DNA of 47,147 bases, taken from sequence record PZ787336.1; one strand, 5' to 3'. Each line of letters opens with the position of its first letter. The stretch's first letter is position 1. This DNA comes from a phage. The notes beneath the pieces are model-generated. The model saw nothing but the letters and a program-made list of their open reading frames with translations. It was not told where the DNA came from and did no database searches. This document shows, piece by piece, positions 1-10,134 of the stretch. The translations under genes were made by a program, and so were the position numbers.

Positions 1-584
<584 letters not shown>

Positions 585-585
<1 letters not shown>

Positions 586-2960
586 TATTCGGTTGCTCTC
601 CTGTTGGTGTTGTAGTTTCTTGAGATGGCTTGCCCTATTGGGCCATTTTCCGAAATATCACTCACAATCGTCTCAATTGTTACGCTGCCGTCACCATTAT
701 CTCTGGCGCTGCTGCTAACCTGCGCTGAGCTGTTATTGATAATGCTATTATAAACTACAACGCCACTGCTGCCGCCTGTCAGGTCTTTGTTGCTGATAAC
801 TGAGCCATCGTTACCGGGAATCATATACTGGCGACCGTTGGACGCCTGGAATATTTCAGGCAAGCCATTTTCGCCCACTTCGTACATACTTCCGGCACTA
901 ACAGGGCCACCATTTTTACGCTTGCCAGCAATGCCCATCGCCAGAGCTCCGAGAACGGCACCTACCCCAATTGCAGCTGCCCCGCCGAATGAGCCGATTG
1001 ATGCTACGATTGCTGCAGGAGTCCATGCTGCCGTGGTAGTGGCTGCTGCCGCCGTGGATGCTGCTGTTGTGGTTGCCAGCCCTGCTGTTTGCGCCGCCGT
1101 TGTGGTTGCTGTTGCCGCAACCTGCGCAGTCTGTCCCATAACAGCAGATTTAACCCACTGCACACCCATTTCGACGAAACTATTTACCAGAGAGTTCAGC
1201 ACTGTAGATCCTAGACTGCGCATGGCATCCTGAACGCTCATTGTGCCTGTTAGCAATCCGGTGATGCTATTTGATGCCGTGCTCATTGCAGAATCAAGCG
1301 CCGTACCGAACAATTGCGCCCCGAGGCTTTGCTGCTGCCACTCTGCCCACATGGCGTCCATTCGCTGCTGGCGGTATTGTGCTTCAATTGCTGCGCGAGT
1401 CTGCTCAATCTCCTTGATTTTTTGTGGATATGCTGCGGCGTATGCGTCAAGGTCAGCCATACGTTGCTGGTATTCACTGTCAATGCCAGTCGTTGGCGAC
1501 GCAATAGCGCGCAACCCCTGATATGATTTTTCTATGCGCTGCTTTTCCTTCTCCGCTTCTGCCTGCTCCTTCAGTGCATTCTTCTGGTCCCAAATTTTCG
1601 CAGCGTACTCACCAGCCAGTTTTATTTGCTCCTGAGTGGCAGCTTTGCCAAGCGATTGCTGCGCGTTGAGAATAGCTTGTTCGCGGGAGAGTTCGCTGGT
1701 AGATGTGGCATTAAGCATGGTTTGCTGGCGTAATTTCTCCAGCTTTTCAGCAACTGACTCAGCTTGCCGTTCTTCGGCGCTTTTGCCCTTTCCTTTGCCT
1801 TTCTTGTCTTTGGTTGGTGCTTGTGCAATCTTCAGGTGTTTTGTTGCTTCAGCCTGTTTCTTTGTCTGCTCGTAACCTTCTTTTGAAGCCTTAACGAATC
1901 GCTCGACTTGATCGTTATATTGTTTTTGCTTCTCAATATCATCATCACCGAAAAGCGCATCAACCCCCATTTGTGCCCATGCGCCTGGGTTTAGCTTCGA
2001 GATAACCGTGGCGAGAGATAGAATCTTGTCGCTCGTGCTGGTTGATTTGTCGCCGAGGAAATCAATGTATTTTGCCAGCTGGTCGATAATCTCTACTGCT
2101 GTTTTTGATGCACCAGTGGCATCGTTAACGGCAACCACAAGTTTGGAGAATGAAACTTCAAGAGAACCAACAGCCTGATCCATTGTGCGAGGAAGTTTTT
2201 CAAACTCAGCATTAACGATGCTTGTCCTGTCCTGAATAGCGTTCAGTGCATCCTCTGCTGTCAGTTTGCCATCGAGCATTCTTGCGCGAAGTTCACCCAT
2301 TGAAATGCCAAGCCCAGCCGCTATCTGGCGTGCAAGCTCAGGCATCTGCTCAAGGATGGAGTTGAACTCTTCCGCACGTATTGTGCCGGATGCGATTGAC
2401 TGACCGAACTGGCGCAGGGCGTTAGCCATTTCCTCAGTTGATGACCCGCCGATTCGACCTATTTTTTGCAGGGTATCGGTAAGATTAAGAACCTGAGCAT
2501 TTGTTGCACCAGCCTCTTTCAGTGATGACGTCAATGTCTCCCACAACTTCGTAGTATCACTCAGGCTTGCACCAGTGGTTGAGGCGATATTTGCCAGTGT
2601 GCTGAATGTTTCGTTTGCTGTTTTCGCGTCAGTTGACAGGCGAGCAATCCTTGCCTGAAGTTGAGTCATGTTATCGGCAACCTCAAGGAATCGCTTGCCC
2701 CATTCGATAATCAGTGACACGGATATTGCGCCAGCAAGAGCTGTCATCTGAGTTTTTAAACCAGAAACAGAGCCAGACAGTCCGCCAAATGTTTTGCCAG
2801 TTTTTTTTGCTGCGTTATCAACACCATTAAGTGTATCGGTTGCTGACGCTCCTGATTTAACGAATCGTCCAAATTCATCTCTCGCGCGTTGCGTGCCTTT
2901 TTTTAGCCCCTCAACATCCATCCCGACTTCATAGACGATTCCGCCGACTTCTTCAGCCAT
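585..2960 (-). CDS. tail tape measure protein
   Basis: 791 aa, long alpha-helical/coiled-coil-like sequence, Ala/Thr/Gly-rich hydrophobic C-terminal region; sits between chaperone-like gene and minor tail genes. Confidence 0.9.
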
Positions 2961-3676
2961 TATGTATTCCTCGCTTTTTTCGCTTTGCGTTCAGCCAGTG
3001 CTTTCATGCGCTCGCGGTCTGCTTTGGCCTGATCGTACTCTGCCGCGCGCTCTTCTTTCGTTAACCCTTTCGGCTCTGGGTATTTATTCTTAATCATCAT
3101 CTGAAACTCTGTCATAGACAGGTTTTCTGCCTCATCGCGCGTCATGTCGAAATGCGTGCGTGCTGAGATGATATATTGCGACGCATGAAACTCGTTTGTG
3201 GTTTTTTTGCCCCGCTCCTCCAGACGCTCAGGAACTTTGAGTGGAGACTTGCCAATGATGCCGTGCTGCATCAGATTGCGCGCAATAATAATAATGTCGC
3301 TCACTGGCATGATGCCAGGCACGTATCGCACGCCGCGAGGTGTTGGTTTCCATCCACCAATCAGTACGGAAATATCATCTTCACAGCATGACTGCATAAC
3401 GATATAGGCAGCACTCAGTACGTGCCGACCATACACGGGCTTACTGATGGTCTTCATGACCTGCATCTGTGCGCCAAATGGCAGGTATTCGACGTGCTGC
3501 AACGGCGCAACATAATCAATGCCGTTGAGCTTAGCGTATACCTCGACGATTTCTTTTGGTGTGCCGATTTCATTCATGGCACGGAATGATGGCTTGAAGA
3601 AAAAACTCCTGTCAGAAAGCGAGATGCGCATCTCCCCGATTTCTGTTAGTGGCGTGCGATTGCTCATGTTTTGCAT
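2960..3676 (-). CDS. putative tail assembly chaperone
   Basis: 238 aa ORF directly upstream of the tape measure gene, Lys/Glu-rich C-terminus; position-based. Confidence 0.4.
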   Translation of the reverse strand: MQNMSNRTPLTEIGEMRISLSDRSFFFKPSFRAMNEIGTPKEIVEVYAKLNGIDYVAPLQHVEYLPFGAQMQVMKTISKPVYGRHVLSAAYIVMQSCCEDDISVLIGGWKPTPRGVRYVPGIMPVSDIIIIARNLMQHGIIGKSPLKVPERLEERGKKTTNEFHASQYIISARTHFDMTRDEAENLSMTEFQMMIKNKYPEPKGLTKEERAAEYDQAKADRERMKALAERKAKKARNT

Positions 3677-3693
3677 CCTGAATTTGACTGATG

Positions 3694-3707
3694 TTGATTA
3701 TATCATC
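3694..3707 (-). promoter_or_regulatory. extended -10 promoter (TGATATAAT on minus strand) upstream of the chaperone/tape-measure genes
   Basis: plus-strand ttgattatatcatc = minus TGATATAAT, about 20 nt upstream of the ATG at 3676. Confidence 0.45.
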
Positions 3708-3716
3708 TCAGTGGTG

Positions 3717-3745
3717 TTGACACCTGCGAGGTGGTGATGTAGATT
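3717..3745 (+). promoter_or_regulatory. sigma70-like promoter TTGACA-N17-TAGATT driving the plus-strand Imm island
   Basis: TTGACA at 3717-3722, 17-bp spacer, TAGATT at 3740-3745, 35 nt upstream of the ATG at 3781; member of a repeated promoter family. Confidence 0.5.
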
Positions 3746-3780
3746 CAAATCATCGAAACGATATATGAATGAGGTGAGTT

Positions 3781-3975
3781 ATGGACGTTGTTATTTTGTT
3801 ACTTTTCGCTGGATTGGTTATATTTGCTTATCTTCTCCCGTCATTTGTGGCATTGCAAAGAAAGCACACAAATACGACCGCAATCTGTGTATTGAATATT
3901 CTTGTCGGATGGAGCTTTATTGGATGGGTTGCGGCACTTGTTTGGGCGTTGGTTAACAGTGGCGACAAAAAATGA
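3781..3975 (+). CDS. superinfection immunity protein (Imm family), small membrane protein
   Basis: 64 aa, two predicted transmembrane helices, conserved GWSFIGWVAALVWAL motif typical of the Imm_superinfect family. Confidence 0.75.
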   Translation: MDVVILLLFAGLVIFAYLLPSFVALQRKHTNTTAICVLNILVGWSFIGWVAALVWALVNSGDKK

Positions 3976-4115
3976 ACGAACAAACAAAAGCTGACCTGAT
4001 TTTCTATACTGATTTGTATGTCGATGCTGGTTATGACTACGAAGAAGCTGAACGCATGGCGAAAGACTTGCTTCGTGTGATTGGTGTGATTTTTGATGAG
4101 GATAAGGTGATATGA
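3972..4115 (+). CDS. hypothetical small acidic protein (47 aa)
   Basis: ATG overlaps the stop of the Imm gene (ATGA), ends overlapping the next start; below the ORF-track length cutoff. Confidence 0.35.
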   Translation: MNEQTKADLIFYTDLYVDAGYDYEEAERMAKDLLRVIGVIFDEDKVI

Positions 4116-4471
4116 ACAATTATGAAGAGATTAGTGATTTTGAGATTAATAAGGCGGTGGCACTAATTGTTGGTGCGACATTTAATGATGATGGCGAGCC
4201 GGTTAGATTTGTCGAATGTGATACAGGTGCTTACGCCGACTTTAATGAGATTGAATTTGACCCATGCAATAAACCAGAGGATGCGTGGCCAATTATCACT
4301 GAAAACAAAATCAGCATAATGTTTGATAGCACCGATACGAGATATGAAGGTGAATATCACGAATGGTGTGACGCGATTTCACATTGCCAAAAGTTCGGAA
4401 TTCAGCATCAGTCTAACCCACTCCGCGCCGCCATGATCGTCTTCCTGAAAATGAATGAGGATAAGTTATGA
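4112..4471 (+). CDS. hypothetical phage protein
   Basis: 119 aa ORF translationally coupled to neighbours in the plus-strand island. Confidence 0.55.
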   Translation: MNNYEEISDFEINKAVALIVGATFNDDGEPVRFVECDTGAYADFNEIEFDPCNKPEDAWPIITENKISIMFDSTDTRYEGEYHEWCDAISHCQKFGIQHQSNPLRAAMIVFLKMNEDKL

Positions 4472-4662
4472 GCAAGTGGATTAAGTGTAGTGAGCGAATG
4501 CCAAACGAAGAAGATGTTTTGGTTTATTGCTCAGACACAAAAGAGCAGATGGTTGGATTCCATAAGGGGAAAGGACTATTTCAATTTTTCTATATGAATG
4601 GAGTTGAGGGAGTCTGTGAGCCAACACACTGGATGCCACTACCAGAGCCACCACAAGAATAA
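4468..4662 (+). CDS. DUF551-like phage protein
   Basis: 64 aa with C-terminal HWMPLPEPP motif characteristic of DUF551. Confidence 0.55.
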   Translation: MSKWIKCSERMPNEEDVLVYCSDTKEQMVGFHKGKGLFQFFYMNGVEGVCEPTHWMPLPEPPQE

Positions 4663-4665
4663 AAC

Positions 4666-4689
4666 AAAGCCCCTTTCGGGGCTTTTTCT
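4666..4689. terminator. bidirectional rho-independent terminator
   Basis: aaaGCCCCtttcGGGGCttttt hairpin with A-run before and T-run after, between convergent genes. Confidence 0.7.
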
Positions 4690-5409
4690 TTATCCGGTTA
4701 CAGTGCAAGCTGTACTGATGATGATTTCAGGGTCGGTAGACGAATCCGTGACAGTAACGGTGTACACACCAGCTGTAGGGCTTGCCAGTGATGCGCCTGA
4801 TTCGCCACCAACAACTACGCCATCTTTTCGCCACACATAGGTGTATGGTGATACGCCGCCTTCAACAGCAACAGTTAACGGGCTTCCAGTGCTGCCAGTT
4901 GGCGATAAGTCGGTAGTGAACGCCAGAGGTTCAAGGCTTTCGACGGTAACGCTGTCAGAATCGTAAACCTTAAACTCAAGGCTGCCAGTAACAATGTCGT
5001 TCGTGCCACCTTCGTAGCTGATGCTGGTGATGTTGCAGTACGCGGTAACGATAGTTGCACCAGTTACCTGACGCACCCACAAGGAAGGCTGGCGACGCGC
5101 TTTCAGTTCAGTGGCGTAAATCTCAACCAGACGATGGAAGCCAAATTCATCGCTCGGGTCATTCTTGCGGATTTCAACCTCTGCACTGATGGTCATGTCA
5201 GAGCTGGTAACGAGAGTGGAAACAAAGCCGCCAGCGGTATCCGCTTCCGACGTAGTGGTCTGTGGCGAGTAGTCAACGCCTTTACTGGTGGTTGAGCCTA
5301 AATACTTCCAGTCGCCTGCATCCGGAACTGCGTCGCCGCACCCTTCAGCAAGGAACAGTCGGGTCATGCGACCGACCAGAACGCCTTTATCATTTGCACA
5401 AATAGCCAT
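4690..5409 (-). CDS. major tail protein with C-terminal Ig-like domain
   Basis: 239 aa; Thr/Ser/Gly/Val-rich C-terminal region typical of Ig-like (Big_2) domains on siphovirus tail tube proteins; position in tail module. Confidence 0.8.
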   Translation of the reverse strand: MAICANDKGVLVGRMTRLFLAEGCGDAVPDAGDWKYLGSTTSKGVDYSPQTTTSEADTAGGFVSTLVTSSDMTISAEVEIRKNDPSDEFGFHRLVEIYATELKARRQPSLWVRQVTGATIVTAYCNITSISYEGGTNDIVTGSLEFKVYDSDSVTVESLEPLAFTTDLSPTGSTGSPLTVAVEGGVSPYTYVWRKDGVVVGGESGASLASPTAGVYTVTVTDSSTDPEIIISTACTVTG

Positions 5410-5442
5410 TTCGATCTCCGAATTGTGTTAGCTGCTAACGTG

Positions 5443-5457
5443 GTGATTATATCACAG
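5443..5457 (-). promoter_or_regulatory. extended -10 promoter (TGTGATATAAT on minus strand) for the major tail protein gene
   Basis: plus gtgattatatcac; same 13-mer recurs at 23028-23040. Confidence 0.5.
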
Positions 5458-5460
5458 GTG

Positions 5461-5489
5461 TTGACAGTGATTATTTTGTGGTGTAGATT
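5461..5489 (+). promoter_or_regulatory. sigma70-like promoter TTGACA-N17-TAGATT, divergent from the major tail protein promoter
   Basis: TTGACA 5461-5466, TAGATT 5484-5489; no ORF downstream before the terminator at 6009-6034. Confidence 0.5.
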
Positions 5490-6034
5490 GTATTTCAGAT
5501 AGTTTTCGTGAGCGACTTTGCGGACTTTTTAGAAACTGACCACAAAGATAAATGCAAACGATGATGTTGTTCTGATGGCGGCGTAATAGCCTGTAAGTCA
5601 GCAAGGTCTTCCGATTCCTTGTAAACAAATTCGGCGCACTGGCCCGGTGTGATTAATAATGGGCACGCAACAGGTAAGAGCATTGAGAGGTTCGATTCCT
5701 CTTGGTTATTGAGGCCGCGAGGCGCGCTGGAATTGATCAACCAGTGTGAAATCCAATAGGCATAGGTTCAGTGCTCTTTCCGTTGTGGTGAATGCGCAGG
5801 TCGATGCGCAAGTAAGCAACCGATGGCGAGGTAGTGTATAAGGCGGTCGCTGCAAGCCTTGAACTGAAAATCCCGTCACGCCGGAGTTCGACACCGGCCA
5901 CCATAACACTTAACATTCAGCGTTATCGCAATCATATGTAGGGGTATGTATGGGTTACGGGGCTGGATGTTAAGAAAGCATGCTGGCAATGCTTAAACCA
6001 GCAATAAGGCCGCTTCGTGCGGCTTTATTTATTT
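5490..6034 (+). other. promoter-to-terminator plus-strand locus without ORF; candidate non-coding RNA
   Basis: no plus-strand ORF longer than 17 codons; bounded by promoter and hairpin terminator; contains a tRNA-like T-arm GAGAGGTTCGATTCCTCT. Confidence 0.25.
6009..6034. terminator. rho-independent terminator
   Basis: GCCGCttcgtGCGGC followed by tttatttattt. Confidence 0.6.
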
Positions 6035-6403
6035 CACAACCCGCAAAAGTAACTCATGCACAGGTCTTTTCTCTTCCGTTAACATCGGCCTACCGAGCGG
6101 CGCTTGCAACTGGATGTAGTTAACGCATGAATCAATCGGGTGTGTTTTGATGTATTCGATAATCTCATTGGCCTTCGAATCAACATCAGCAACATTGTAT
6201 TGGCCTTGTTTGCCAACAACATACAGCGAAAAATAGAAGTCACCGCCGAGGCCATCCATAACCTGAGTGCCACCGTTGGATTGCAGAACAATAAATTGCT
6301 CACTTCCATCTCCGGTGTCATTCCAGAACTGCAGCTGCGAAGTCCAGCCATCGTACAATCCTGCATCCTGAAGATATGCATCAACCAGTTCAAGCATATT
6401 CAT
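6029..6403 (-). CDS. putative tail terminator / neck protein
   Basis: 124 aa ORF between head-tail joining genes and major tail protein; position-based. Confidence 0.45.
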   Translation of the reverse strand: MNMLELVDAYLQDAGLYDGWTSQLQFWNDTGDGSEQFIVLQSNGGTQVMDGLGGDFYFSLYVVGKQGQYNVADVDSKANEIIEYIKTHPIDSCVNYIQLQAPLGRPMLTEEKRPVHELLLRVVK

Positions 6404-6801
6404 TAGAGTGTCATCTCCTTCTTAATCACGCTATCAACAAGGTCTTTTGTGCGTTGCGCTGCTTTGGTCAGGAATTGTGGTTCACCACCCGGCGACCAAT
6501 ACGTGCCGTTGCCGTTGCTGCGCGGTTTCCCTGCAAGTTTACCGCTGGCATTGTGGACGTACAGTGCATATTTTGCAGAGTAGCCAACCTTGCCAGTGAT
6601 TCGCGTTCCGCTAACTTCCACGGTATCAAACTGACTGTTAATTAGCGTTGATGTATCAATTGGCGTTAGCGTGGCTGATTCGGTGCGGATGATGTATGTC
6701 GCTGACTTAATTGCACGCACAGCTTTCGTGGCGATTATCTCATCCACAATCTGCGATGTTCTCTCTACGGCCTGTCGGACGCCTCTTAATTTCGCTGGCA
6801 T
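6403..6801 (-). CDS. putative head-tail joining protein (HK97 gp10-like position)
   Basis: 132 aa, translationally coupled in the head-tail connector block. Confidence 0.5.
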   Translation of the reverse strand: MPAKLRGVRQAVERTSQIVDEIIATKAVRAIKSATYIIRTESATLTPIDTSTLINSQFDTVEVSGTRITGKVGYSAKYALYVHNASGKLAGKPRSNGNGTYWSPGGEPQFLTKAAQRTKDLVDSVIKKEMTL

Positions 6802-7148
6802 TATGTCACCAGTGCAAAGTCAGGTGGCTCTGACCTGTTGAAAGTTGAGCCATAGTTAATCACATTCAGAATCTGATTTGCGCCAGCCGCCAGCGGGTCA
6901 GCTTCTGTCACCGTGCCAATCATGATGTAATCACCAACATTAGCGTCAGTGTATTCTGTCCAGAATGTATTTTTCTGCACAATCTCATTGCCTTTCGCAT
7001 CGGTCGATACATCATCGTTAAAGCCATAATCGCACATGATGCTCACTGGCGCGTCAAAAGTTGGCTTGCCGTACTTGTCAGTGCCTCTTTTGTGCCAGAT
7101 GGTGCATGGTTGCGTGTAGCTCCAGTTAGCCAGTGAAGTCATTTGCAT
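6801..7148 (-). CDS. putative head closure / head-tail adaptor protein
   Basis: 115 aa, coupled to neighbours; position-based. Confidence 0.5.
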   Translation of the reverse strand: MQMTSLANWSYTQPCTIWHKRGTDKYGKPTFDAPVSIMCDYGFNDDVSTDAKGNEIVQKNTFWTEYTDANVGDYIMIGTVTEADPLAAGANQILNVINYGSTFNRSEPPDFALVT

Positions 7149-7567
7149 TTACTCCCACGCACAACCGCAAACCACGGCTTGCCGCCGCCGTCCGGGTCTT
7201 CCACTAAATCGCCAGTGCATCCTGCTGTATCCAGTAGTTTCATCTGATTGTATAGCGCCACCCACGGCTTGCTGCCATAAGCGAATGATTGCGATGCGCC
7301 AGATGGTGCGCTCTGACTGGTGACGTAGCGCCCTGCGGTATTTGCGCTAATCAGGATGGAAGCCCACAGCATGATCGCATTTTGCCGGCATTCATCATTG
7401 GGGTAGTTCAGCTCAAGGCATTCACTGATTGATGCCACAAGACACAGAATACCAGACGCATCCGTTGTGGTGATAGTCATTCCACGTGATGCCATCTGGC
7501 TTACTAATTCTTCAGGTGTTGGTGCTGCCATTTTTTTTTGACTCCCGTACCTTCCACCACATTTCAA
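7139..7567 (-). CDS. putative head-tail connector protein
   Basis: 142 aa; likely true start at internal Met (about 7531); position-based. Confidence 0.5.
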   Translation of the reverse strand: MKCGGRYGSQKKMAAPTPEELVSQMASRGMTITTTDASGILCLVASISECLELNYPNDECRQNAIMLWASILISANTAGRYVTSQSAPSGASQSFAYGSKPWVALYNQMKLLDTAGCTGDLVEDPDGGGKPWFAVVRGSKCK

Positions 7568-7796
7568 AGAGGTTCTTTATTACCAGAGACAGGGCGCCGA
7601 GGATTGACGCTACTGCCGCCCACTCTGTCAGACTGTGTGGAATCATAGCCTCAAAATAAGACTGCGTGACAGGCGTTTGCTCTGCAACTTTCAGTCCAAT
7701 ACCAGTACCAATGGAGGCATATCCAGCCTTGTCAATCACCTGCCCCGTCGTCCCGCTTATAACTTGCTCTGCGGCCTGTCTTAGTGTTTCGTTCAT
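7512..7796 (-). CDS. hypothetical protein with C-terminal transmembrane segment
   Basis: 94 aa ORF; hydrophobic stretch AAVASILGALSLVI. Confidence 0.35.
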   Translation of the reverse strand: MNETLRQAAEQVISGTTGQVIDKAGYASIGTGIGLKVAEQTPVTQSYFEAMIPHSLTEWAAVASILGALSLVIKNLFEMWWKVRESKKNGSTNT

Positions 7797-7828
7797 TGCG
7801 AGTCTCGCTGATAATATGTTTCCAGCAC

Positions 7829-8269
7829 TTATAGATTTGAATCAGCGAAAAAACGATGGCAACCACGCCAAGAATAATGTCCAATTTCGCCGCCCCATTT
7901 AAAAGTGATGGAAAGGATGAACAGATGGATGCCGATAATAATAAATGCGTACTGCGCATGAAGCGGCGTTTCTACAGGCGTGATAAATTCCCATACGAAT
8001 GACTCTATCGCAACCAGCCATTCGTAAAGGCTCATCGTCAGCACGCAGAGCGCCATCTTTGTACTTTTACGCAGCGCAATAGCCGGAAACAACCAGACCA
8101 TACACTGCGCAAGGTAATACAGATATTCGGCGGGAAATGAATCAACAAGCACCCATCCAAGATACACAGACATCACCATTGCCGGAATGAACACCAGAAA
8201 CGCAACCATGCCCGTGCAGGCAAATCCAAGCACATACATGATCATGATGGCAACATCTGCGCCGAACAT
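7829..8269 (-). CDS. hypothetical polytopic membrane protein
   Basis: 146 aa, several hydrophobic helices; first larger gene of the minus operon starting near 8388. Confidence 0.5.
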   Translation of the reverse strand: MFGADVAIMIMYVLGFACTGMVAFLVFIPAMVMSVYLGWVLVDSFPAEYLYYLAQCMVWLFPAIALRKSTKMALCVLTMSLYEWLVAIESFVWEFITPVETPLHAQYAFIIIGIHLFILSITFKWGGEIGHYSWRGCHRFFADSNL

Positions 8270-8388
8270 TATTTTTTACCGCGCGATGGTGAACGGGTAG
8301 AGCCGTTTGGCTTCACCACGCCAGTTTTGCCGCCAGTTTTTGTGTTGCCAGTAGCGCGCGAACGAGATGGTGAGTTGGTTGAACCCAT
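8269..8388 (-). CDS. hypothetical small basic Ser/Thr/Lys-rich protein (39 aa)
   Basis: GGAG RBS 8 nt upstream of the ATG; stop overlaps the ATG of the membrane protein (TAATG). Confidence 0.35.
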   Translation of the reverse strand: MGSTNSPSRSRATGNTKTGGKTGVVKPNGSTRSPSRGKK

Positions 8389-8435
8389 GTTTAAATCTCC
8401 TGTTGTTTGATTAGCATGATTTTAGCATATTCCTG

Positions 8436-8464
8436 TTGACGTAGATTGATGTGGCGTTTATAGT
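8436..8464 (+). promoter_or_regulatory. sigma70-like promoter TTGACG-N17-TATAGT for the ParB/methyltransferase island
   Basis: TTGACG 8436-8441 followed directly by tagattga; TATAGT 8459-8464. Confidence 0.5.
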
Positions 8465-8505
8465 TAGTGACGTAGAAACAACAATAAATGTTAGAGGTGA
8501 TGAAG

Positions 8506-9129
8506 ATGAGTAGTAACGCAAAACATTATGATTATTACATGGTTGAAGGTGATGATGTTAAGAAACTAATCGACGCATACGATGACATCAAGAATCGCCG
8601 CAATGAAATTCTCGGTGACGCAATGAAAAAGGTTGGAGCTGTCGCATTTACCACAACGCGCAGTTGGGGCGCTGTTGGCGGTGGCCTGCTTGAGAGTTTT
8701 GCGTGGAGCAATAAATTTGAATTTCCATGCCCTGTAACAATAAAACGTGAAGATTTTTGGGAAGGTCAGCGCGTGGTTATTGTTCGTGGGAAAGGAAACA
8801 CAAAGGATGGTCGTGAATACAACAAAAAGCTGGACGCAGTGATGCGCGAGGCAAACGAGAAATTAAAGTTATTGCCAGAATGGAAGGACTACATTGTTAA
8901 CCATTATGGCATCGCACGTACCGGCATTGGTGAGCAATCTGGTCGCGGATTTGGTTTTGCAATGCTTTCTACTTATGGAGGCAAACACCCGAAAAAGGAT
9001 GATTGTTTGATTTTTGCTGTGCCAAATACAAAAGATGAAGGTCACGGACGGGTAACGATACCTGATAACTTTAAGCAGATAACCTACGGTCAGTTTTACG
9101 ATATTGCTAATTCTGGTGATGAGGATTAA
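8506..9129 (+). CDS. hypothetical protein (207 aa), first gene of an accessory island
   Basis: ATG at 8506 preceded by AGAGGTGA RBS; ORF track gives 8488; no recognised domain. Confidence 0.6.
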   Translation: MSSNAKHYDYYMVEGDDVKKLIDAYDDIKNRRNEILGDAMKKVGAVAFTTTRSWGAVGGGLLESFAWSNKFEFPCPVTIKREDFWEGQRVVIVRGKGNTKDGREYNKKLDAVMREANEKLKLLPEWKDYIVNHYGIARTGIGEQSGRGFGFAMLSTYGGKHPKKDDCLIFAVPNTKDEGHGRVTIPDNFKQITYGQFYDIANSGDED

Positions 9130-9131
9130 TC

Positions 9132-9323
9132 ATGGCAAACATGTCCTACTGTCGATTTCGTAATACAGAGCAAGACTTCAATGATTGTGTTGATGCAATT
9201 GGCAACATTGAGTCTATTGGTGACTTAAGTAATGCAGAACGCAAGTCTGCTGAGCGCCTGTACCATCTTGCTAATGAGTACGTCGCATATTACGAGCAAT
9301 TATTGGAAGAAAGTGGTGAATGA
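9132..9323 (+). CDS. hypothetical small acidic protein
   Basis: 63 aa ORF tightly packed between neighbours. Confidence 0.5.
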   Translation: MANMSYCRFRNTEQDFNDCVDAIGNIESIGDLSNAERKSAERLYHLANEYVAYYEQLLEESGE

Positions 9324-9324
9324 T

Positions 9325-10134
9325 ATGAAAACACTTAGCAAAATCTATTCAGACAAAGAAACGCGCAACGGAATCGCTGTTAACAAAACCTATCTCGTGC
9401 CAGTGGAGCAAATCTATCTGGAGCCGGGATACAACATCCGCGAAGCAGACGAGCAGCATGTGGAGTATTTCGCGCAGTGCTGGGAATCAGGTCAGCCATT
9501 ACCAGCATTAACAGTTATTCCTGATGAGAAGGGAATCCGCATTCTTGATGGTCAGCATCGCTATCTAGGCGCATTGCGTGCCATTGAGCGTGGCGCACCA
9601 ATTGTTCGTATTGAGTGCAAGGATTTCACAGGAGGCGAAGCAGATAAAATCGCCTTCATGGTGTCGTCCAGTCAGGGTAAGCAGCTTGACCCGTTTGAAC
9701 GCGCAAAGGCTTACACGCGACTGAAGGGTTTTGGCTGGACCAACGAGGAAATCGCCAAGAAGGTAGGGCGCTCAGTTTCTGACGTGCAGATGCACCTGTC
9801 ACTGGGTGATGTGCCAGCCGAAGTAAAAGCGCGAATCAGTGCAGGGCAAATCAGCTATGCAAATGCCGTAGCAGTAACTCGCGAACATGGCGATGATGCG
9901 GTTAAAGTTATCGACGAGGCAGTCGAAGAAGCGAAGGCGCAAGGCAAGGATAAGGTAACGGCGAAGGTGCTTAAGTCGAAAAAGATTAAGCCAGTAGACC
10001 GACTGATTGAGTTACTGAAGCCAGCTGACCACGTTATTCTTCCTGCTGGTCATGTAGTGGCAGAGAATGAGGAGTTTATCCAGATTCCTGTTGCTGATAT
10101 TCACGAGGTGATGGCAATTCTGGAGAAGATGTGA
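9325..10134 (+). CDS. ParB-like nuclease domain protein
   Basis: N-terminal ParB/Srx-like region with the GIRILDGQHRYLGA-type motif; start at ATG 9325 directly after the upstream stop. Confidence 0.7.
   Translation: MKTLSKIYSDKETRNGIAVNKTYLVPVEQIYLEPGYNIREADEQHVEYFAQCWESGQPLPALTVIPDEKGIRILDGQHRYLGALRAIERGAPIVRIECKDFTGGEADKIAFMVSSSQGKQLDPFERAKAYTRLKGFGWTNEEIAKKVGRSVSDVQMHLSLGDVPAEVKARISAGQISYANAVAVTREHGDDAVKVIDEAVEEAKAQGKDKVTAKVLKSKKIKPVDRLIELLKPADHVILPAGHVVAENEEFIQIPVADIHEVMAILEKM

Noticed and set aside
787-1875. Several ORFs (787..1233, 1243..1521, 1314..1526, 1636..1875, 1283..1504, 1622..1828) inside the tape measure gene
   Set aside because: Alternative-frame or antisense ORFs within a long, clearly coding gene; Ala/Pro/Cys-rich translations typical of frame shadows.
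5686-5710. tRNA gene suggested by a perfect T-arm (AGAGG-TTCGATT-CCTCT)
   Set aside because: No acceptor stem partner, D-arm or anticodon arm can be built at the required distances; kept only as a tRNA-like element within the candidate non-coding locus.
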